Below, one piece after another: positions 1 to 11,335 of a stretch of 64,000 nt of DNA; position 1 is the stretch's first letter, and the number at the start of each line of letters is the position of its first letter. The stretch comes from Octopus sinensis (lineage: Eukaryota): positions 17,546,001-17,610,000 of the forward strand of contig NC_043024.1 in NCBI RefSeq assembly GCF_006345805.1, read 5' to 3'. The notes under the pieces are model-generated. The model had not been told where the DNA came from. It did no database searches and saw only the letters and a program-made list of their open reading frames with translations. Position numbers and translations under genes: made by a program.

Positions 1-139
1 ATCTCCTCTAAGGTAACACACCTGTTTCTCTCTCCATTCTTGATCTTTCTCTCTCTCTCTCTCTCTCTGAGCAGGTAACCATGTACCTCTAAAAAAACAC
101 ACCTGTTTCTGTCTCTCTGTCACACTCTAGCCTTTCATC

Positions 140-413
140 ATCTCGTACAAGATCCCTTCCTCCAAATCCCCCTACCCTCTCAAAGGATCTTTGTAATGCA
201 AGTTACTTGGTGACCCTTCCGGTGTTGGTGCCACATAAAAAGCACTCAGTCAACTCTACCCAGTGGTTGGCATTAGGAAGGGCCTCCAGCCATCAAAACC
301 ATGCCAAAACACACACTAAAGCCTGGTGCAGTCTTCTGCCTAGCCAGCTTTTGTCAACCTGTCCAACCCATGCCAGCATGGAAAGCAGATATTAAAGGAT
401 GATGGTGATGATG
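140..413 (+). mobile_element. RTE-LINE-type 3' end / RTE-tailed SINE fragment
   Basis: Motif ggtgccacataaaaagcac..agtggttggcattaggaaggg..ccaacccatgccagcatggaaa..(gat)n tail. It recurs many times in the window and is attached to RTE coding relics at 25505-26420 and 54973-55990. Confidence 0.75.
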
Positions 414-622
414 AAAAGTGTGGAAAAGTTCCTGATTTTGAGTTAAAGAAAATACAGGGGGATCTGTTAACTATGAGTATTTCAACGTATTCCCCACTCA
501 GATTCACACACTTATTGCAACAGTCCTTCAGTTTTTCTATGTCCTGTAAAAAAACTCAGGTTAGGTCTCCAACCAAGCCTTTTGCAATACCCTTAAAGCC
601 AGGGACTTTTCAGCACATCCTC
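411..622 (-). mobile_element. mariner-derived MITE, copy 1
   Basis: Degenerate terminal inverted repeats (gaaaagttcctgattttg / taaagccagggacttttc). Interior homologous to copy 2 at 6405-6620. Confidence 0.7.
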
Positions 623-627
623 ATGTG

Positions 628-680
<53 letters not shown>

Positions 681-699
681 GTATGTATAAATCTTTTTC

Positions 700-890
700 T
701 TTTTATTTGTTTTAGTCATTGAACTGTGACCATGCTGGGGCACCACCTTGAAGAATTTTGTTATTTCTTAAGTCTAGTACTTATTCTATCTGTGTATTTT
801 GCCTAAAAACTAAGTTACAAAGATGTAAACAAACCAACACCGGTTATCAGGTGGGTGTAGAGAACCAACACAAACACACACACTCACATA
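700..890 (-). mobile_element. SINE family A, 3' half
   Basis: Matches the reverse complement of the family A 3' half (cagtcatt..ccatgctgg.gcacc..tagtacttattctatc). Confidence 0.7.
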
Positions 891-1009
891 AACTAAACTT
901 AACTGAACTACACCCCTCATATTGTATATATATATATATATATATATATGCCATGATAGATCGTTAGCCACAACACATTTTTTTTCTCGCCTTGTTTCTT
1001 TCTGTGTCC

Positions 1010-1045
1010 CTTTCTGTAGAAGAGCATAGGCTCGAAACGTAAAAG
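1010..1045 (+). ncRNA. minimal type I hammerhead-like motif in a PLE-type terminus (about 950-1137)
   Basis: cttt-CTGTAGA-a-GAGC atag GCTC-GAAAC-GT-A-aaag. Stem I cttt/aaag and stem II are perfect, stem III is palindromic ACGT. Core differs from CUGANGA at position 6 (U). Confidence 0.6.
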
Positions 1046-1164
1046 ACTTTCTATTCCTGAGCGTTATACTAATACATCTGTTTGTTTTGTACACCACCTG
1101 TCTTCGTCTATTGTTTTTTTTTTGCAAATCTCCCTATATATATGTATGTATGTATGTATGTATT

Positions 1165-1390
1165 TATGTGTGTGTCTTTGTGTCTGTTTGCTCCCTCACC
1201 ATTGCTTGACAACCGATGTTGGTGTGTTTACGTCCCATAAATTAGAGGTTCAGCAAAACAGATCGATAGCATAAATACTAGGCCTGTAAAGAATAAGTCC
1301 TGGGGTTAATTTCTTTGACTAAAAAAAATCCCTTCAAGGCGCTGCTCCAGCATGGCTGCAGTCAAATGACTGAAACGAGTTAAAGAGTAT
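1165..1390 (+). mobile_element. SINE family A, 3' half
   Basis: cttgacaaccgatgttggtgtgtttacgtccc...gctccagcatggctgcagtcaaatgactgaaac. Confidence 0.85.
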
Positions 1391-1744
1391 ATAAATCATT
1401 GTAACATATCTTTATAATGTGTGAATCAGTGTGTGTGTATACACATATGTATTTTTATAGTGTGTATCTGTGTACACATATGTGAGTGTGTGTGTATGCA
1501 TCTGTATAATGTCTGTGCTTGTAGCCAACACTTCCATCTCTTTTCATCCAATGTTACATTTTAAGTATCTGGTCTCATCTGAGCACTATTCTATCTCTAC
1601 CATACACTTCTGGGGGCATATTCTTACCCATATTATATATACACACACACATATACAGACAAGATCATTTCAATATATCTGCGTGTTTAAGTCCCATCTA
1701 TGTACACACACAATATGTGTGTCTTTGAAGAAATGCATGAATAT

Positions 1745-1960
1745 CACACATTCTCATTGGTCTCCTTGAACAGCATGTGGTCTGATGCCCAATTAGAAAA
1801 TTTGATCAGCTTTCTCTCATGAGTAAAGAAAATATCCAAGAGTTGGCTGTTCTCTGAGAAGACGTTGGTTGATCCAAGGATAGATAACTCTTGGGATATA
1901 GATGGCACTAGGATTGGAAGGGAGAGCATCAGAGCAGTTCTTGTTTCAGGTCCACTAAGT
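1745..1960 (+). mobile_element. possible decayed non-LTR retrotransposon endonuclease fragment (Tx1/L1-like)
   Basis: Frameshifted reading TFSLV..VVYA..LVDPRID resembles the APE motifs RLVAVYAP and GDWNAILDPKID. Weak. Confidence 0.25.
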
Positions 1961-2022
1961 CACTAGTCTTTCTATCATTACATAGATATATATATGCATA
2001 TATACATACATGCATATATATA

Positions 2023-2065
<43 letters not shown>

Positions 2066-2122
2066 ATTGTAGATACACACGTCATCATCATCATCATTTA
2101 GCATCTGGTTTCCATGTATGGA

Positions 2123-2193
<71 letters not shown>

Positions 2194-2247
2194 TAAGATC
2201 TACATACAAATGTGTATATCTATAAATATACATAATACATATGTCTG

Positions 2248-2290
<43 letters not shown>

Positions 2291-2543
2291 AATTATCCCC
2301 TTCAGTTCTAGTACTATCACTGACAAGTTGTTAGGACTTCATATAATTACAGTTCACACCATTAGTAACGTCCAGCAGCAAGGAGGTGTGAATTGACTCA
2401 CATTTTCCACTACAGGCTTTTTGTATGAACCACTAGGTCAGTACAGACTGATATTAAATAATAAATGTTCTTTTTTGTCATTCATTTCTGTGTGTTTGTA
2501 TGCGCATATTTATATGTATGTATATTATATATGTGTGACTGTG

Positions 2544-2583
<40 letters not shown>

Positions 2584-2651
2584 AGATACACACGTCATCA
2601 TCATTATCATCATCATTTAGCATCAGGTTTCCATGCTGCCATATATATGTA

Positions 2652-2693
<42 letters not shown>

Positions 2694-3306
2694 TACATAT
2701 ATGTGTATATATATATGTATGTATGTGTGTATGTAAATACACACAGACATATATAAGTATGTATGTGTGTCTATTAAGGATTGTTGTAACATACCGTACA
2801 GTGTGTGAAATAATTAATTCTGTATGAGAATATTTTATACTTCAGCATTCCTCCAGAAAGGATATGTTCTAACCAGCTGAAAATCTCAATTCTTTAGTTT
2901 TGGGAAACTTATGGTTGTATTTCTGAAAGTATTTTAGAAGCACTCTAACAACACCATTTCATATCTGGAATTAGCGCCTGCCAATATTCTACAGAGATAT
3001 TCTCTTCTTGTATTCTATAGCATGGTATCTGATATTGTTTATTTCCATGAGTGTAAACCTAATTTTATTTTCAATCAATACTTTAACACCTTTTCTCTTC
3101 TGGATCTGATTAAAATAATTTTAATCATCTAACTAATATTTGCCTCACCTTGATTCATAATAATTAGTATGAAATGAATTAATTAGATAAATTTCTTATT
3201 TGTGAAATTAATTATGATGTAATTAACTAGAATGAAAGATTTCTTTCTATGTGGGTAGCAGCCCTCTTCAGACATCACAATGATTATTAATATTTTATGC
3301 ACTTAG

Positions 3307-3535
3307 GGCAGTGAGCTGGCAGAATCATTAGCATGCCGGGCGAAATACTTAGCGGTATTTCGGCTGCTGTTACGTTCTGAGTTCAAATTTCTCCAAGGTC
3401 GACTTTGCCTTTCATCCTTATGCAGTCTATTTAATAAGTACCAGTTATTCACTGGAGTCTATGTAATTGACTTAATCCCTTTGTCCTTGTTTGTCCCATC
3501 TATGTTTAGCCCCCTGTGGGCAATATAGAAATAAA
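3307..3535 (+). mobile_element. SINE family B
   Basis: ggcagtgagctggcagaatc..ttagc..gaaatacttagcgg..gagttcaaatt..gactttgcctttcatcc..aagtaccagtt..ctggag. A-box-like and B-box-like motifs. Confidence 0.85.
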
Positions 3536-3696
3536 TATTTTATACACTTAAATTGTTGCATATAAATACAGTGAGGGTCTTGTATCTAATTTGGCAACTA
3601 CATAGAAAGGCTTTGCCTTGCTGACGAGGTTAAATAATATTGGAACATGACCCAAGTTTTGCCCCTACTTTCTCAGATAAGATTAAATTAATGATA

Positions 3697-3910
3697 GTTT
3701 CAAATTTTGACACAAGGCTAGCATTTTCGGGGGAAGGTGTAAGATAATTACATTGACCCCTAATGATCAACTGGGATTTATTTTATTGACCCCAGAAGGA
3801 TGAAGGACAAAGTCAACCTTGGTGACATTTGAATTCAGAATGTAAAGATGGACAAAATACCACAAAGCATTTTGCATGGCATGATTACAATTCTGCCAGC
3901 TTGCCACCCT
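3697..3910 (-). mobile_element. SINE family B
   Basis: Reverse complement of the family B consensus, ending attctgccagcttgcc. Confidence 0.8.
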
Positions 3911-3983
3911 AATTATTAACTCTTATTCTCATGTACAGTTCTCTATGTTTTAACTCCTGGTTCAGAGAAAGCCATATCACGTT

Positions 3984-4101
3984 GCTTACAGCCATATCAC
4001 ATTGAAAGCACCGGTTCTCATCTGATCACTGAAGTTAAGCAACGTCAAGCCTATTTAGTACTTAGATGAGTGACCACTTGGGAAACCTAAGTGCTGTGAG
4101 C
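3984..4101 (+). pseudogene. 5S rRNA pseudogene (full length, 118 nt) followed by an A-tract
   Basis: Colinear with metazoan 5S (gcttacagccatatcac..ctcatctgatc..gaagttaagc..ttagtacttagatgagtgacc..tggga..gtgctgt). Box A and box C are recognisable. Many CpG-type transitions. A-run at 4103-4116 in place of a T-run terminator. Confidence 0.85.
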
Positions 4102-4120
4102 GAAAAAAAAAAAAAAGTAA

Positions 4121-4353
4121 GGCAGCAAGCTGGCAGAAACGTTAGCACACCGAGCAAAATGCCTAGCAGTATTTTGTCTGCCGTTACGTTCTGAGATCTA
4201 ATTCCGCCGAGGTTGACTTTGCTTTTCATCCTTTTGGGGTTGATAAATTCAGTACCAGTTACGCACTGGGGTCAATGTAATCAACTTAATCTCTTTGTCT
4301 GTCCTCATTTGTACCCTCTATGTTTAGCCCCTTGTGGGCAATAAAGAAATAAG
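4121..4353 (+). mobile_element. SINE family B
   Basis: Full copy starting 4 nt after the 5S A-tract, ending ggcaataaagaaataag. Confidence 0.85.
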
Positions 4354-5217
4354 AAGGATTTGGCAAAAGAGAAGACTAAAAACAGGTTGTTATGTTTAGA
4401 ATGTAATAACTTTTACAAAGTCTTCTCTGCACATCTGTGACCTTGAAATGTTACAGGCTGTAGCAAACTCTAATGGCCCTCCTCTCTCTATTATATATAC
4501 ATACGTATGAATGTAGCAGGTAGCAGCTAACCTTTGGGCACTATTTTGGACCCTGTTGTGTCTACCACTCTGATTGGTTGGTATCAACACAATGTGTCTC
4601 TTACTCTGTTGCATGCCAATATGCAACCCAACCAATTGCAGCCTCCAAATAAATCACATGAGACAGTCAGTTCTAAACTACATTTGAGCCTACCGTTAGG
4701 TATAAAAACTCATCTCTTCCTAGTCTCAGAGTCTGTTGGTTCCAGGCTTTCTAAGGTCAAACCACTGATCACATTACAGCGGCCTCCATCTTCGTCGCCA
4801 CCATCATGTCTCTCACCAACGTCATCAACTACATCTCTACACAGCACTGACACACTGCACAAGTTCTAACATATCGCTGTTTGTGAGCTTCCTCCCCAGG
4901 GTTAACAGCAAACATACAATCCATTCAGATGCATGTAGATATATGAATGAATGTCTATCAACCACTTCCATTTATCATTCAGCTTGTGTATATATATGTG
5001 TGTGGCTGGCATTAAAGACATTAAAAGTTGCCACCTTGTTCCATGTATTTCTTCTTGCCGTGTTCCTGTCAGATGATATTATCCTTCTAAAAGGCCATAT
5101 CCTGTGCAACCTGCTCAGGCACCCAGTGACAAGGCACGTTTCCAAGCAGTTCATGAATGAGTGTCTACCACGGATTGCAGCGGTTTATGACACTAAGAGT
5201 TCATACGTGCAATTAAA

Positions 5218-5785
5218 ACAGCAAGCTACAGAATGGAGAATCATTAACATGCTAAGTGGCACTTTGGCCATCTCTATATTCTGAATTCAGATTCCACCGA
5301 GGTTGACTTTGCCTTTCGTCCTTTCAGGGGTCAATAACATAAGTACCAGTTGACACTGGGGTCAATTTAATCATCTTTGACCCTCCCCAAATCTTCTGGC
5401 CTTGTTACCACAATTTCGAACCAATATTATATAAAATTATATTAAATGAATATTAGCCATTAACTTAATGTCTTATATTTACCTCTTTATTGCATATGTA
5501 TTATTAATTAATTAAAGTTTTTCCTAATTAGATTAAATACCATATGTAAGATGGCAAGCTCGTAGAGTTGTTAACATGCTGGACAAAAAGATTAGCGGCA
5601 TTTGGTCTGTCTTTACATTCTGAGTCCAAAGACTTTTGTGGTCAGTTTTGCTTTCCATTCTTTTTGGGGGTCAATAAAATAAGTAACAGTTAAACACTGG
5701 GTTTGAAATAATTCATTACCAAATCTTCCCTCCCCTCCCAAATTTCAGGCCATACACCTATAGTAGAAAGGATTGTTATTATTGG
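5218..5785 (+). mobile_element. two SINE family B copies (about 5218-5430 and 5550-5785)
   Basis: Two diverged matches to the family B consensus. Confidence 0.7.
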
Positions 5786-5944
5786 TGGTGGTGGTGGAGG
5801 AGGATGTTTTACTTCTGGCCCTCATTATTGAGTTCCAAGTCTACAACGGACATTGGGGATTCCCATTTCTCTGGTCTCTTCAGTCATACATAAAGGCCAC
5901 CACTCCTGTACAAATGTACCTTCATCTTGTATAAATGTAAGGGT

Positions 5945-6267
5945 AAAGACCCCCTTCGGTCATGAATGACCATGGGATTGCACCTAGAAAGTTACCTAGA
6001 CACAAGTCCGGGCAAGGTTGTTTATGGAAGACCAGCAGTCGCCCATGCATACCAGCCTCCCCTCTCCACGCCACCAGTGTTATCCAAGGGAAAGACAAAG
6101 GTCGATACAGCTTGGCACCAGTGACGTTGCAACTCATTTCTACAGCTGAGTGAACTGGAGCAACGTGAAATAAAGTGCCTTGCTCAAGAACACAACACGC
6201 AGCCCGGTCCGGGATTCGAGCTCACAACCTCACGATCGTAAGCTCGACGCTCTAACCACTGAGCCAT
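5945..6267 (-). mobile_element. SINE family C (tRNA-derived head)
   Basis: Minus strand reads atggctcagtggttagagcgtcgagcttacgatcgtgaggttgtgagctcgaatcccgg (A and B boxes), then a non-tRNA body. Second copy at 47995-48325. Confidence 0.85.
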
Positions 6268-6404
6268 TATATATATATATATGTTTGTGTGTGTGTATGT
6301 ATATATATATATATATATGTGTGTGTGTATGTATATATATATATATATGTGTGTGTGTGTATGTATATATGTGTGGGTGTATATACATATACATACATGT
6401 ATAT

Positions 6405-6620
6405 GACAGGGTGTTGTAAAGTTCCTGACTTTGGGTAACAGAAAATAAAGGAAGATCAGTGGATTATGACTTTATTCAACATATCCCCCTCTCAGATTCA
6501 CACACTTATCACAGCAGTCCTTCAGTTTTTCTAAGCCATGGAAAAGAACTTGGAAGGTTGAGCCTCCAACCAAGCCTTTCACGATATCCTTAAAGACAAG
6601 AAGTTTTCACCACCCACTCA
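6405..6620 (-). mobile_element. mariner-derived MITE, copy 2
   Basis: Terminal inverted repeats. Minus strand encodes KLKDCCDKCVNLRGGYVE*, the typical mariner transposase C-terminus. Confidence 0.75.
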
Positions 6621-6656
6621 TATGTATGTGCATGTGTATACATATATATCGATACA

Positions 6657-6692
<36 letters not shown>

Positions 6693-6708
6693 TATATATT
6701 CAGAATAT

Positions 6709-6810
6709 TAATCTGTCTGGCCCATCGTAATCACTGCAATTCAATGCTCTTTTAATCTGCTGCAATCCTCATTAATCGCTTTTAATCCTCTTTAATCTGA
6801 TTTAATCCCC
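6709..6810 (+). repeat. TAATC-rich degenerate 10-bp tandem repeat
   Basis: TAATC at 6709, 6728, 6753, 6773, 6783, 6793 and 6803, plus CAATCC at 6763. Confidence 0.7.
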
Positions 6811-7254
6811 TTTACTATCAACCCAAGCATATAATTAATGAATTCATATTTAAATTGTAAAATTTCAAACAAAATTTCTACGCCATGTGAATGAGACGTC
6901 AGTATATCAACATTAAATCCCTTTTTAGCTGCCAACCCATCTGTGACCACCTCTGCTTTCTATCACATGAATCTCACTTAGTTAAAATTTTTATATTTAA
7001 TTTAGATTCATTTTATCTTGTTTTTATTTATCGGAGGATTGTTTTATTTTTATTTTACTAACTTAACATTCCAAATACCGTATTAATAATGACAAAGATA
7101 ATTATTTATTTAAACCCTGTTCCATTCGAATCCACCTGCCCACCCACCCGTATACCCAATTATTGATCATTTTCAAAATCAATGGAACCTGTAGATGCTC
7201 TGTATCAAATATCTAACAACATTTTAACATCCACTTTTATTTATATGCTTACAA

Positions 7255-7712
7255 GATTCAAATGGAACTTGTATATATACATGCATGTGTACATATGTAC
7301 ATACATTCATACAACCACACGTACATACATGCATACACACATACATACGTACATTCACAAATACATATGTACATTCATACATACATGCATACATTGATAC
7401 ACATGTACATATGTACATACATTCATGCATGCATACATGCATACATTTATACATACATATGAACATTATATACATTCATACATACACATACATACATTCA
7501 TACATACACACACATACATACATACATACACACATACATTCATACATACATATATACATACACATAAACATACACATACACATAAACAAACATACATACA
7601 TTTATATATACACACACATACATACATGCATACATTCATTCATGCATGCATACATACACACACATACATACACACATACACACATGCACATACATACATA
7701 CATTCACACATA
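7255..7712. repeat. (CATA)n/(CA)n microsatellite
   Basis: Direct inspection. Confidence 0.95.
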
Positions 7713-7934
7713 CATACTCTTTTAGTTTTTTGCTTGTTTCTCTCTTTTGATTGCCGCCATGCTGGAGCATCAAATCAAAGAGTTTTAGTCAAAGAGATCA
7801 ACCCCAGGACTTATGCTTTGTAACTCTAATATCAAGCCCTTTTACCGAACTACTAAGTTATGGGGACATAAACATACTAACATAGGTTGTTAGGCAAAAG
7901 TGGGGGACAAACACAGGCACAAAGACATATACAC

Positions 7935-7990
<56 letters not shown>

Positions 7991-8020
7991 ATATATATGT
8001 ATGTATGTGTATGTGGTATG

Positions 8021-8052
<32 letters not shown>

Positions 8053-8219
8053 CATATGATGGGCTTCTTTCAGTTTCCATCTACCAAATTCACTCTCAAA
8101 GCTTTGGTCAGTCCGAGGCTATAATAGAAGATACTTGCCCAAGGCATCACACGATAGGACTGAACCTGGAACCATGAGGTTGGAAAGCAAGCTTCTTACC
8201 ACACAGCCATGCCTGTGCC
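7713..8219 (-). mobile_element. SINE family A, full length, with expanded internal (TA)n
   Basis: Tail at 7713, head (..ttaccacacagccatgcc) at 8219. Confidence 0.85.
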
Positions 8220-8804
8220 TATATGTGTGTGTGTGTGGTATGTTATGTGAATTTATGGAGAAGAGAAGATGTTAAAATTTGAAAGAATTTCAATACATGC
8301 ATACAATCGTATCAAACAGTGATATCAAAACATGCAAATTCATGGTAGAATAATTTGATTCATTTGATTAAATTAAATTAATTATATATCACTATTCTCC
8401 TCAGTACAAGAAGTATAAACAGAAAATTATTATTAAAGAGGACTTGAAACAGGAAATGGTAGAGAATAATTTCGGATATCCATATCCTTATGAAAATTAT
8501 GAGTAATATAATAAAGGATGTGAGTCTAGTTATGTATAAACATAATACATACATGTATGTATGTATGTATGTATGTATGTATGTATGTATGTATGTATGT
8601 ATGTATGATGTATGTATGCATGCATGCATGCATGCATGCATGCATGTTTGTTTGTTATTTACATCATATATATTGTTTCTGTCCCATGGGTAGCCTTTGA
8701 ATTCTTCTATCGAAGGGTTTTTTTTTTGAACTCCCTATGTACACAGTTTCATCTGCAAAGAGTTTCATCATTGAAAATAAATCTTTAAAAATCTTTTTAA
8801 CACT

Positions 8805-9063
8805 GATCTTTCTCTAGTTTCAGTCATTAGATCGTGGTCATGCTGGAGCATGACCTTGGAGATTCCTTTTAGTCAAATGAATTCACCCCAGTACTTGTTT
8901 TTTTTTTGTATGTCTCGTACTCATTTCATTGGCCTCTTTAGCTAAACTGCTAAGCTACAAGAATGTAAACAGACCAACACTGGTTGTCAAGCAGTAGTAG
9001 GGGACAAACACAAACAACAAGGCACACACACATAGATATATACATTTATACTTACACACACAC

Positions 9064-9122
<59 letters not shown>

Positions 9123-9260
9123 TATATATATACATATATATATATACATATATATCCAACCCATGGCAGCATGAACGATGGGCATTAAATGATGATGATG
9201 ATGATATACATATATATGACTGGCTTCTTTCAGTTTCCATCTACCAAATCCACTAACAAG
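8805..9260 (-). mobile_element. SINE family A, head truncated
   Basis: 3' half, internal microsatellite and cttctttcagtttccatctaccaaatccac. Confidence 0.75.
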
Positions 9261-9299
9261 CCCAAAAGTCACACATGAGAACATGACATTATATTACAT

Positions 9300-9737
9300 T
9301 GTTATTTTTATAATGTGCTTTCACTGCACTACTGAGCGCAGCTCTGTGTGCAGTGGTTTGTTGTGATGCTCTTTTTTTAACTGTATTGAAAGTGTTTTAC
9401 ATAAGATGTGTTCAGTGTCTAGTAGTGCTATTTTCTGTATGTTATATACACTTGTTAGTCCTGGAGTTTTTGTTATGTATTGTCTGAATGTTATTTTTAT
9501 CATACCTAATACACCTACTATAATAGGAATTGTTTCTGTTTTTAGACTCCACATTCAAGTTAACACTATTTCCTAATCTTTGTATTTTGAAAGTTTCTCT
9601 GTTTCTTTTAGAGAAATATTGTCATCTGTTGGTATTGATACATTGATTAGAAAGCATCTTTCTTCTTGGTGATCTTTGACAACTATATCCGGCCTATTAG
9701 CCTTGATTTCTTTATCTGTACGTATTGGCAGACTCAA
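9300..9737 (-). mobile_element. R4/Dong-like (RLE) non-LTR retrotransposon 3' fragment
   Basis: Minus strand: TDKEIKANRPDIVVKDHQEERCFLINVSIPTDDNISLKETEKLSKYKD*EIVLT*MWSLKTETIPIIVGVLG..IQKIALLDTEHIL. This is the RPD..D..K restriction-like endonuclease motif, with in-frame stops. Confidence 0.85.
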
Positions 9738-10145
9738 GGTGCATAAGTGGTATCTTATTAATTATTATTATTATTATTATTATATTTGGGGAAGGTCATA
9801 TTCTTTGATTTTGCCAAATAACCACATGCATTATATATTCATTCTCAGCTTCAGTTTTATGATTGTTCCTATTTTAATATCCTTTGTCTAAAATCTTTCA
9901 TTACACCTCCTATGACTTCCTCAATGACTCTCCACCCCACGTGACTCCTGTTATTATTATTAATAATTTTGTTCCTGTACAAGTCCATGTGTATTCGTTA
10001 CTATATTATTTATTTCATTTAATTTTAGAAGAATTGAAACATGTCTTTGACAATTCCGAAACAGATTAAGTTTCTTATAAATAATATATATATTATTTAT
10101 ATTATTTACATTTGACAGATATTTGCCCTCATCTTATTGTTGTTA

Positions 10146-10189
10146 ACACAATATTTCAGCTGTTATACCCTCCAGCCTTCATCAGGTGT
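10146..10189 (-). ncRNA. minimal type I hammerhead ribozyme motif
   Basis: Minus strand: ACAC-CUGAUGA-A-GGCUG gagggtataa CAGCU-GAAAU-AU-U-GUGU. Core intact, stem I 4 bp, palindromic stem III (aatatt). Confidence 0.7.
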
Positions 10190-10282
10190 ATTGGTGAAAT
10201 TTCAAACCTGGGTTCTCTTTCCTAAGGTAAAACATCAAAAAATACCTTAGGAATGAGAACCCAGGTTCGAAATTTCTCCAAG

Positions 10283-10325
10283 ACACCTGACGAAGGCTGG
10301 AGGGTATATCAGCCGAAACGTGTTA
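10283..10325 (+). ncRNA. minimal hammerhead motif, damaged 3' of GAAAC
   Basis: ACAC-CTGACGA-A-GGCTG gagggtatat CAGCC-GAAACG-tgtt. Lacks 3 nt relative to the 34098-34110 copy. Confidence 0.55.
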
Positions 10326-10412
10326 ACAACAAACAAGATGAGAACAAATATCCGTCAAATATAAATAATGTAAATAATATGCATAATTTCTCATCTCTTA
10401 AATATAGAACCG

Positions 10413-10452
<40 letters not shown>

Positions 10453-10939
10453 CAGCAAAGCTGAGCATCACCTGTCCATGTCCTCTCAACTGGAACCATT
10501 GGAGAAATGGTCAGTTATAGAGACTGGGTGGATTATGGAGGTGGGGGGGGCAAACCACAGATATTATGTCTAAATTAGATATTTCTAAACTATTGAGACC
10601 CTTTGTTGATTGTGGCCCCTGACCAAAGGGTTATTAGTTTTTGGTGCCAATGTGGGGTTTGGGTTTAATACTTGACCATTTTCCTATTATGGAAAAGGAA
10701 AGGAAAGAAGGGAAGTTGGGAAGTCTTGAAGTCTTTGGATCTTTGCCAGAAAAGGACAGAGAGAATTAGTAGAAGCAAAATTAATTTTAAAGAAATAAAA
10801 AATAAATATGTCATCTCTGCCATGTCTATTGTTTCTCATTTTAAAATTTAATTGTTAATCTGTCTTAATCCTTAATCTCGACCAAACATCCCTTAAAACT
10901 TGAAGACACTAAAATTACACATTCACCCACATACAGATA

Positions 10940-11257
10940 CAGCGTGAACACAAACAGACACACACATAACACGGAAAAGCTCATGCACACAAACACACAG
11001 AGGCACTGAAGAGATACATGTACACACACTTATGCACGCACATGCATACACACAGATGTCGACTTCATGCATGTGCATACGCACACATGCACACAAAGGC
11101 TACATACTCATTCATACACACACAAGCACACACACACTACTTGCATGCTTAAAACCTTCACACATGCACTTTAGAGAAAACAACAAAACACTGCACACAC
11201 AACCATAAAAACATACAAACACACACACATACACATACACACAAACTACATACATAT

Positions 11258-11290
<33 letters not shown>

Positions 11291-11293
11291 TAC

Positions 11294-11335
<42 letters not shown>

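Larger units (their letters stand above)
10091..10379. mobile_element. Penelope-like terminal fold-back (inverted) repeat
   Basis: Arms 10091-10229 and 10243-10379 are reverse complements around a 13-nt spacer. Each arm carries an HHR core. Confidence 0.8.

Noticed and set aside
3240-3275. Possible minus-strand HHR (ctgaaga-ggg..ccc)
   Set aside because: GAAA does not follow stem II directly and there is no stem III or cleavage site.
4534-4869. 111-aa ORF in unique sequence
   Set aside because: No recognisable domain or splice signals.
4883-5284. ORF with SDDIILL resembling an RT motif, or an exon at 5071
   Set aside because: No other RT motifs, no good donor, and the 3' part is a SINE.
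5945-6267. tRNA genes at SINE heads (also 19230-19303, 44675, 63060-63140)
   Set aside because: A and B boxes are present but continue into repeated SINE bodies without a complete acceptor stem.
8405-8519. Candidate exon YKKYKQKIIIKEDLKQEMVENNFGYPYPYENYE
   Set aside because: Using the strong GTGAGT donor leaves stops in all three frames, and the alternative donors are weak.
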